Shown in pieces: positions 58,983 to 64,000 of a stretch of 64,000 bases of DNA. Below the pieces are notes generated by a model. It was not told the origin of the DNA, made no database searches, and worked only from the letters and a program-made list of their open reading frames with translations. The stretch spans positions 167 through 64,166 of the forward strand of contig CAZSDV010000002.1 in NCBI GenBank assembly GCA_964605715.1. The letters run 5' to 3'. Within the stretch, counting starts at the first letter, position 1, and every line of letters begins with the position of its first letter. Position numbers and translations under genes: made by a program. The stretch comes from an uncultured Acidobacteriota bacterium (GTDB taxonomy: Bacteria > Acidobacteriota > Terriglobia > UBA7540 > JAPUME01).

Positions 58983-60938
58983 ATGGCTGAACCTCTTTGG
59001 CGTCCCTCGGAGTCTCGTGTGCGCAAGGCAAACCTGACAGCATTTACACGGGTGGCCGAGAAAGAGTGGGGGAAAAAATTTCCAAACTTTAAATCCCTAT
59101 ACCGTTGGTCGATTGAGGATCCTGAGGAGTTCTGGGTGTCCCTCTGGAATTTCTGCGACGTCGTTGCTAGCCGGAAGTGGGATAGGGTTCTGGCCGACGC
59201 AGATCGGATGCCAGGCTCAAAATGGTTTGAAGGAGCAAGACTGAACTTTGCTGAAAACCTCCTTCGGCGTCGGGACCAGCAGCCAGCCCTAATTTTCCGC
59301 TCGGAGAGAGGTGAGCGTCGCGAAATTTCCTACGCGCAACTTTATAACGACACAGCCCGACTGGCGCATTCCTTAAAGAGCCTTGGTGTCACCCAGGGAG
59401 ACCGCGTAGTGGGCTTTCTCCCTAATATTCCAGAAACTATAATCGCCATGTTAGCAACGACTGCGCTTGGCGCCATATGGTCCAGCTGCTCGCCTGAGTT
59501 TGGCCTGCAGGGGGCACTTGACCGCTTCGGACAGATTACTCCGAAGGTCCTTTTTACCGCTGAGGGATATGCCTATAACGGCAAGGCCATTGATTCGCTG
59601 AAACGCGTGGGTGGCATGGCGCGTAAAATTCCGACGCTAAAGAACGTGGTGGTGATTCCATATCTGGAAACCAGCCCATCAATAAGTGAGATTCCTAACG
59701 CGATTTCCTGGCGAGAATTGGTGAGTGGAGAAGCAGTAGAGTTGCAATTTGAACAATTTCCGTTCAGCCATCCTGCCTATATTTTATATTCATCGGGTAC
59801 AACAGGAGCTCCTAAGTGCATTGTTCACGGTGGGGGTGGAGCGCTACTCCAACACCTTAAAGAACACCGTCTTCACGCTGACCTCAAAGTGGGAGAGCGG
59901 ATATTTTATTTCACAACGTGCGGCTGGATGATGTGGAACTGGATGGTAAGTGCGCTTGCTAGCGAAGCCACTATAATCCTATATGAGGGATCGCCAATGT
60001 TTCCAACACCTCAGGTGCTTTTCGATATTGCTGCTGAAGAACAGATAAATGTTTTTGGAACTAGTGCCGGATATCTGTCAGCTATTCAAAAAGCCAGGCT
60101 TGAACTACATCGCACTCACGACCTTTCGGCCCTGAAAGCAATATTATCCACCGGCTCACCTCTTGCTCCACGAACTTTTGATTACGTTTATGAGAAGATT
60201 AAAGCAGACTTGCAATTGGCTTCAATCAGCGGCGGCACCGACATCGTAGCCTCCTTTGCTGGAGGCAATCCTACCGGAGCAGTATACCGCGGCGAACTTC
60301 AGACTCGGACACTGGGAATGAAAGTAGAGATCTTTAACGAAAAAGGACAATCAATTCGAGGACAGAAAGGGGAGCTAGTTTGCACGGCCCCGTTTCCTTC
60401 CATACCAGTAGGATTCTGGGACGATGCAGGAGAGAAGAAATTCAGGGCTGCCTACTTTGAACATTACCCCAATGTGTGGAGGCACGGTGACTACGCCGAG
60501 CTTACGGAGCACGATGGTATGATCATCTACGGGCGCTCTGATGCAGTACTCAACCCGCATGGGGTTCGTATCGGGACAGCGGAAATTTACCGGCAAGTGG
60601 ATGAATTGGATGAAGTGTTAGAAGGCCTTGTCGTTGGGCAGGAATGGGAGGGGGATGTGCGAATTGTCCTTTTCGTTCTCTTGCGTCCGGGACTAATCCT
60701 AGATGAAAGATTGAGCCAAAAAATTAATGATCAGATTCGTATCAATGCCTCGCTTCGACACGTTCCGGCCAAGGTAATTCAGGTCCCTGACATTCCCCGA
60801 ACGCAAAGCGGTAAGATTGTTGAACTTGCAGTCCGGGAGGTGATCCATAACCGCCCCATTGATAATCAAGTGAAGGCCGCACTCGCCAACCCTCAGGCAC
60901 TAGAATTTTTTAAGGATCTAAAAGAGCTTAAAGATTAG
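58983..60938 (+). CDS. acetoacetate--CoA ligase (acetoacetyl-CoA synthetase)
   Basis: 651 aa. N-terminal LWRPSE...FTRV pattern of acetoacetyl-CoA synthetases. AMP-binding YSSGTTGAPK. C-terminal PRTQSGKIVE. Confidence 0.85.
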   Translation: MAEPLWRPSESRVRKANLTAFTRVAEKEWGKKFPNFKSLYRWSIEDPEEFWVSLWNFCDVVASRKWDRVLADADRMPGSKWFEGARLNFAENLLRRRDQQPALIFRSERGERREISYAQLYNDTARLAHSLKSLGVTQGDRVVGFLPNIPETIIAMLATTALGAIWSSCSPEFGLQGALDRFGQITPKVLFTAEGYAYNGKAIDSLKRVGGMARKIPTLKNVVVIPYLETSPSISEIPNAISWRELVSGEAVELQFEQFPFSHPAYILYSSGTTGAPKCIVHGGGGALLQHLKEHRLHADLKVGERIFYFTTCGWMMWNWMVSALASEATIILYEGSPMFPTPQVLFDIAAEEQINVFGTSAGYLSAIQKARLELHRTHDLSALKAILSTGSPLAPRTFDYVYEKIKADLQLASISGGTDIVASFAGGNPTGAVYRGELQTRTLGMKVEIFNEKGQSIRGQKGELVCTAPFPSIPVGFWDDAGEKKFRAAYFEHYPNVWRHGDYAELTEHDGMIIYGRSDAVLNPHGVRIGTAEIYRQVDELDEVLEGLVVGQEWEGDVRIVLFVLLRPGLILDERLSQKINDQIRINASLRHVPAKVIQVPDIPRTQSGKIVELAVREVIHNRPIDNQVKAALANPQALEFFKDLKELKD

Positions 60939-61017
60939 AAAAACCTAACAAATAAGGTAGTTATTTGCCAAGTTGACGTGCGGAAGACTGCAAACGAATA
61001 GGTCCTGTCTCGTTCAT

Positions 61018-61221
61018 CTAGAGGCGTTCCACATTCTCCGCCTGCAGACCTTTGGGCCCCTTGGTGACCTCAAAGCTTACGCTCTCCCCTTCTTGAAGAG
61101 AACGGTAGCCTTCACCTTGAATGGCCGAAAAATGAACAAAAACGTCGTCCCCATTTTCGCGGCCGATAAACCCATAACCTTTAGAGGCATTAAACCACTT
61201 AACAGTTCCTTGTTCCTTCAT
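61018..61221 (-). CDS. cold-shock protein (CspA family), second paralog
   Basis: 67 aa. KGYGFI and VFVHFSAI. About 75% amino-acid identity to the 43516 copy by eye, with many synonymous DNA differences. Confidence 0.95.
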   Translation of the reverse strand: MKEQGTVKWFNASKGYGFIGRENGDDVFVHFSAIQGEGYRSLQEGESVSFEVTKGPKGLQAENVERL

Positions 61222-61242
61222 GCCCTAGCATTCCTTTTTCCA

Positions 61243-61504
61243 ATTTGGCAATTCGTATTAAGGTTGCAGGCATTCACCGGACGACCCGCTGTAATACCGC
61301 AGGTCACAAAAGGGAGGAGCAATAGAAGGAACTACTCTTAAATCTGATGTGATGCTCATCGGAATTACAACAACAAACTGCAGGCGCATTATAACACAAC
61401 TATTTTATGGGGGAGTGAGGAAACTCTATGAGTAACTTAACAATGCTGATGAAGGCATTAAGATATCATAATTCTTTTTCTAGCTAACTAGGTCTGGTTG
61501 ACAA
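61243..61504. repeat. 262-bp perfect inverted repeat, copy B (csp promoter plus 5' leader)
   Basis: Reverse complement of 43232-43493 with no mismatch seen by eye. Confidence 0.9.
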
Positions 61505-61672
61505 CCTAGTTCTGCTTGGATAATTGCCCTCGCTGCATTTATCAGGTTTTGGACTGCAAGATGGAGTTATACCGGTAGATGTCATTTAGGAGAAGCAGTA
61601 AGCTCGCCATGGGTTGCATTCGAGCAAAACATGAGTAATCATCGGTGCAGTTAGACACTCGGAGGAAAACAC

Positions 61673-61990
61673 ATGGGTTGCTCAACGCCAAATATACCGA
61701 GTCCTCCTGCCCCAGGGCAGCGGGTGGTCAAATGCGTCAAATTCCAGAAAGAACTTCCAGGACTGGACGCACCCCCCTGGCCAGGAGAGTTAGGTAAGCG
61801 GCTCTTCGAAAACGTATCTGCTCAAGCCTGGGACTTATGGAAAGAACACGCCAAGATGGTGCTAAACGAATATCGAATAGCTCCTTGGACCAAAGAAGGG
61901 AGGGAGATGATTCAGGACCAACTGGAGAAATTTTTCTTCGGCGAAGGTGCTGCGCTTCCTCCAGGTTATGTTCCTCAGCAAGCTAAATAG
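61673..61990 (+). CDS. yggX: oxidative damage protection protein / Fe(2+)-trafficking protein (YggX family)
   Basis: Homology block VKCVKFQKELPGLDAPPWPGELGKRLFENVSAQAWDLWKEHAKMVLNEYR mirrors E. coli YggX. The true start may lie downstream of the listed ATG. Confidence 0.8.
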   Translation: MGCSTPNIPSPPAPGQRVVKCVKFQKELPGLDAPPWPGELGKRLFENVSAQAWDLWKEHAKMVLNEYRIAPWTKEGREMIQDQLEKFFFGEGAALPPGYVPQQAK

Positions 61991-62073
61991 TAAGACCAAA
62001 TAGTTGACGTACATAAACTGACCGCTTTCCTCACAACCGTATTGGGTGGGTTGTTTGTTCTGAGGAAAAAAGT

Positions 62074-63375
62074 TCACACTATAGGCAAGGTAGGGCTTAT
62101 TCGAAATCGGAGTTTTTCTTGCGCTCTACGGAGATGCCTTTCAACCTCTGTCGGTGAGCCAGCCTGGGCAAAGATAAAACCTAGGTAGCTCGCACCTTCA
62201 GGAAGAGGAACTAGCCGCTGCTGGGTTTTCGCAGTAATGCGGATCTCCTTGATCCCTGTGGCTTGGCATGCTTCCTCCTCACCTTCTACCCCTTCATAAA
62301 ACCCTTCACGAGGAATCGGGATCATCATTACTCCAGAAGCGGTGCTCACTCGGCTAACTTTTGATATGTCCTCACCAAGACCCTGTCGGATTATCAACTC
62401 TTCAAGTGAAAGTTGTTGCATTTCCCGCTCGAAGAGAAGCGAGCGAGCGCAAAGCCCTCCAATTGAACGGGCTGCCACTTCAAGGATCCAAACTCCCTCC
62501 TCATTCAACCTTACCTCAGCATGGAGAGGACCATGCGATATGCCTATCTTCTCTGATGCTTCCTGGACAGCCTGGATAATTCTTTGCTGAGAATCCTGCG
62601 GGAGCCTTGAAGGGGTGACGTATAGAGTTTCTTCGAAATAGGGACCCTGGAGCGAGTCGGGCTTATCAAATAGTGCCAGAACTTTCAGCTTGCCTTGTGT
62701 GACCATTCCTTCTAGGGCATATTCGGAACCAGGAATAAACTTTTCCACTTGAAGAAACCGGCTTGTCTCCTCACCTAGTACCTGCACACTTGGCGATAGA
62801 AGCAGCGATCTAATCCTGTTAAAGGATTCCACGAATTCACGACTGCTATTAGCTCGAATCACTCCGCGGCTGCCCGATAGTGCTAGAGGCTTAAGTACGC
62901 ATGGAAACTCAACTTGAGAGGTAAGGCTGCCAGGATTCTCATCTATAGAAAATCTTCGAAAGGATGGGATCTTGAGGCCTGCAGATTTGAGCCGCACGCG
63001 AGCTTGGTATTTATCCCGACAAACCTCTACCGCGTCAGGAGAATTGTATGTCAAGCCTAGCTGGCGACATGCATGTGCAGCGGTAACCGTGGCCCGGTCA
63101 CCAAGGGCTACCACCGCGTCAACGGGGTAGCTTCGTGCATACTCAATAATAGCTTGAGCGGATTCACAGGGATTCTCAAATCGCAGAGCAAGAGCACCAT
63201 CCCGCCACGGATCGTCAAGCTTCCAGCAGCGGTCTGAACCAAAGGCCACCCTGAGATCTAACTTTTCTGCCGCCTCGACAAAAGCACGAGTCTGGTACCC
63301 CGTGGTGGTACACAAAAGAAGTAATCTCTTCTGTCGTATTTTTTGTGTGGCATGTTGAGGAATCTTAGAGTGCAT
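62074..63375 (-). CDS. ATP-grasp domain protein (carboxylate-amine ligase-like)
   Basis: 433 aa. Pre-ATP-grasp N-domain, VLKPLALSGSRGV, EKFIPGSEYALEG, and HAEVRLNEEGVWILEVAARSIGG, which is typical of ATP-grasp_4-type ligases. Substrate unknown. Confidence 0.8.
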   Translation of the reverse strand: MHSKIPQHATQKIRQKRLLLLCTTTGYQTRAFVEAAEKLDLRVAFGSDRCWKLDDPWRDGALALRFENPCESAQAIIEYARSYPVDAVVALGDRATVTAAHACRQLGLTYNSPDAVEVCRDKYQARVRLKSAGLKIPSFRRFSIDENPGSLTSQVEFPCVLKPLALSGSRGVIRANSSREFVESFNRIRSLLLSPSVQVLGEETSRFLQVEKFIPGSEYALEGMVTQGKLKVLALFDKPDSLQGPYFEETLYVTPSRLPQDSQQRIIQAVQEASEKIGISHGPLHAEVRLNEEGVWILEVAARSIGGLCARSLLFEREMQQLSLEELIIRQGLGEDISKVSRVSTASGVMMIPIPREGFYEGVEGEEEACQATGIKEIRITAKTQQRLVPLPEGASYLGFIFAQAGSPTEVERHLRRAQEKLRFRISPTLPIV

Positions 63376-63416
63376 CGTGTTGGCAAGATTCTTGCCTGCC
63401 CCCTGCTATCGCACAT

Positions 63417-64000
63417 TCAGAAAAGAGCAACCTGCTCTTCGGTAGGCTCAGCTCAGCAATACCAAGGTTCATCCATATATGGAATCGCCGCCCGAGACAA
63501 CGGCACCTGTGACACGCAAGGTTCACGAAGATTTTCCTCGGTGCCATCATTAGTACGGTTCCAAATTGCACTGAAAATTTCCCGCCGACTTGAGTTCCTT
63601 GCCTTCCCTTCCTTGATCAGCTTCAAAACATCAGCTTGCAAACTCTCTACTTGCGATTCAGAATTTTTCCAGCGGTAGCTAAGAGCTACTGAATCAAATC
63701 CCTCCAAAATACTTAATGTCTCCGAAAATTCAAGTAGCTTTGAGCCAGCTGGAATTAAGAGTCGGATAGCTAATTGAATAGGCGCAACATTTTCCACCAG
63801 GTCAAGTTCTAGTAAATCGTTAAGAAGCTTTTGATAATCTTCACGCGAGGTCCAAGGGGTGAACGGCACGAAAGTGGGCGCCAAGATAAGGTCCGCCTGC
63901 CGGAACCGGCGGACCACTTCAAAAAAATCATCACGCGTATGATTTTTTGCCAGCAGCCTGAGGGTGTGGTCATCAACTGACTCAACCGCGCTCGTAACAA
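63417..64000 (-). CDS. radical SAM protein, C-terminal part, predicted selenoprotein with CUAEP tail (gene runs off the right window edge)
   Basis: The frame is open from the window edge: ...VTSAVESVDDHTLRLLAKNHTRDDFFEVVRRFRQADLILAPTFVPFTPWT..., a radical-SAM-like C-terminal half. The ORF track stops at TGA 63455-63453 after ...PYMDEPWYC. Read-through gives C-U-A-E-P-TEEQVALF and then a TGA at 63419-63417. A SECIS-like hairpin follows the first TGA. Confidence 0.65.
63422..63440 (-). promoter_or_regulatory. candidate bacterial SECIS hairpin
   Basis: The mRNA reads UGA GCUGAGCCUACC GAAGAGC-AGGUU-GCUCUUU. This is a 7-bp stem (one G-U pair) starting 13 nt after the UGA. Counting the U of UGA as +1, the apical-loop GGU falls at +24 to +26, comparable to G23/U24 of the E. 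coli fdhF SECIS. Confidence 0.5.

Overview
A 64 kb chromosomal segment at roughly 50% GC by eye, from a Gram-negative bacterium. The gene content points to an Acidobacteriota- or PVC-like lineage: a PSCyt/DUF1549/DUF1553 + DUF1501 pair, a PVC-type heme-binding giant protein, and a TonB receptor with a carboxypeptidase-regulatory-like N-terminus. I cannot assign taxonomy from this window alone. About 50 protein genes are mostly housekeeping: a partial dcw cluster (murG-murC-murB-ftsQ), argJ, moaA, nadA, thiC, an isolated nuoB, mutM, glucokinase, lpxB with two ABC half-transporters, korAB, and dnaX-ybaB-recR. Between them sit secreted or lipoprotein hydrolases (sulfatase, PhoD-like, NHL propeller, ceramidase-like), a PQQ dehydrogenase with a pentaheme cytochrome, and a riboswitch-controlled cobalamin uptake/salvage locus. 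RNA features read directly from the sequence are an SRP (4.5S-type) RNA upstream of dnaX, tRNA-Arg(ACG) with a consensus promoter, one clear and one divergent cobalamin riboswitch, and a terminator-containing moaA leader that may be a Moco riboswitch. I found no rRNA, CRISPR array, transposase, integrase, or recognisable defence or toxin-antitoxin genes. Three observations stand out. (1) At the right edge, a radical-SAM gene appears to read through an in-frame TGA as selenocysteine. This gives a C-U-A-E-P tail, a SECIS-like hairpin follows the TGA, and an ATP-grasp gene follows the extended ORF. This uncharacterised two-gene unit is cut by the window edge and is my best candidate for an undescribed system. 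(2) A 262-bp, 100% identical inverted repeat carries the promoter and long 5' leader of two diverged cold-shock genes and brackets 17.7 kb. (3) The B12 locus has two riboswitches, and the second departs from consensus. All calls rest on motif reading by eye, with no database search or computation.
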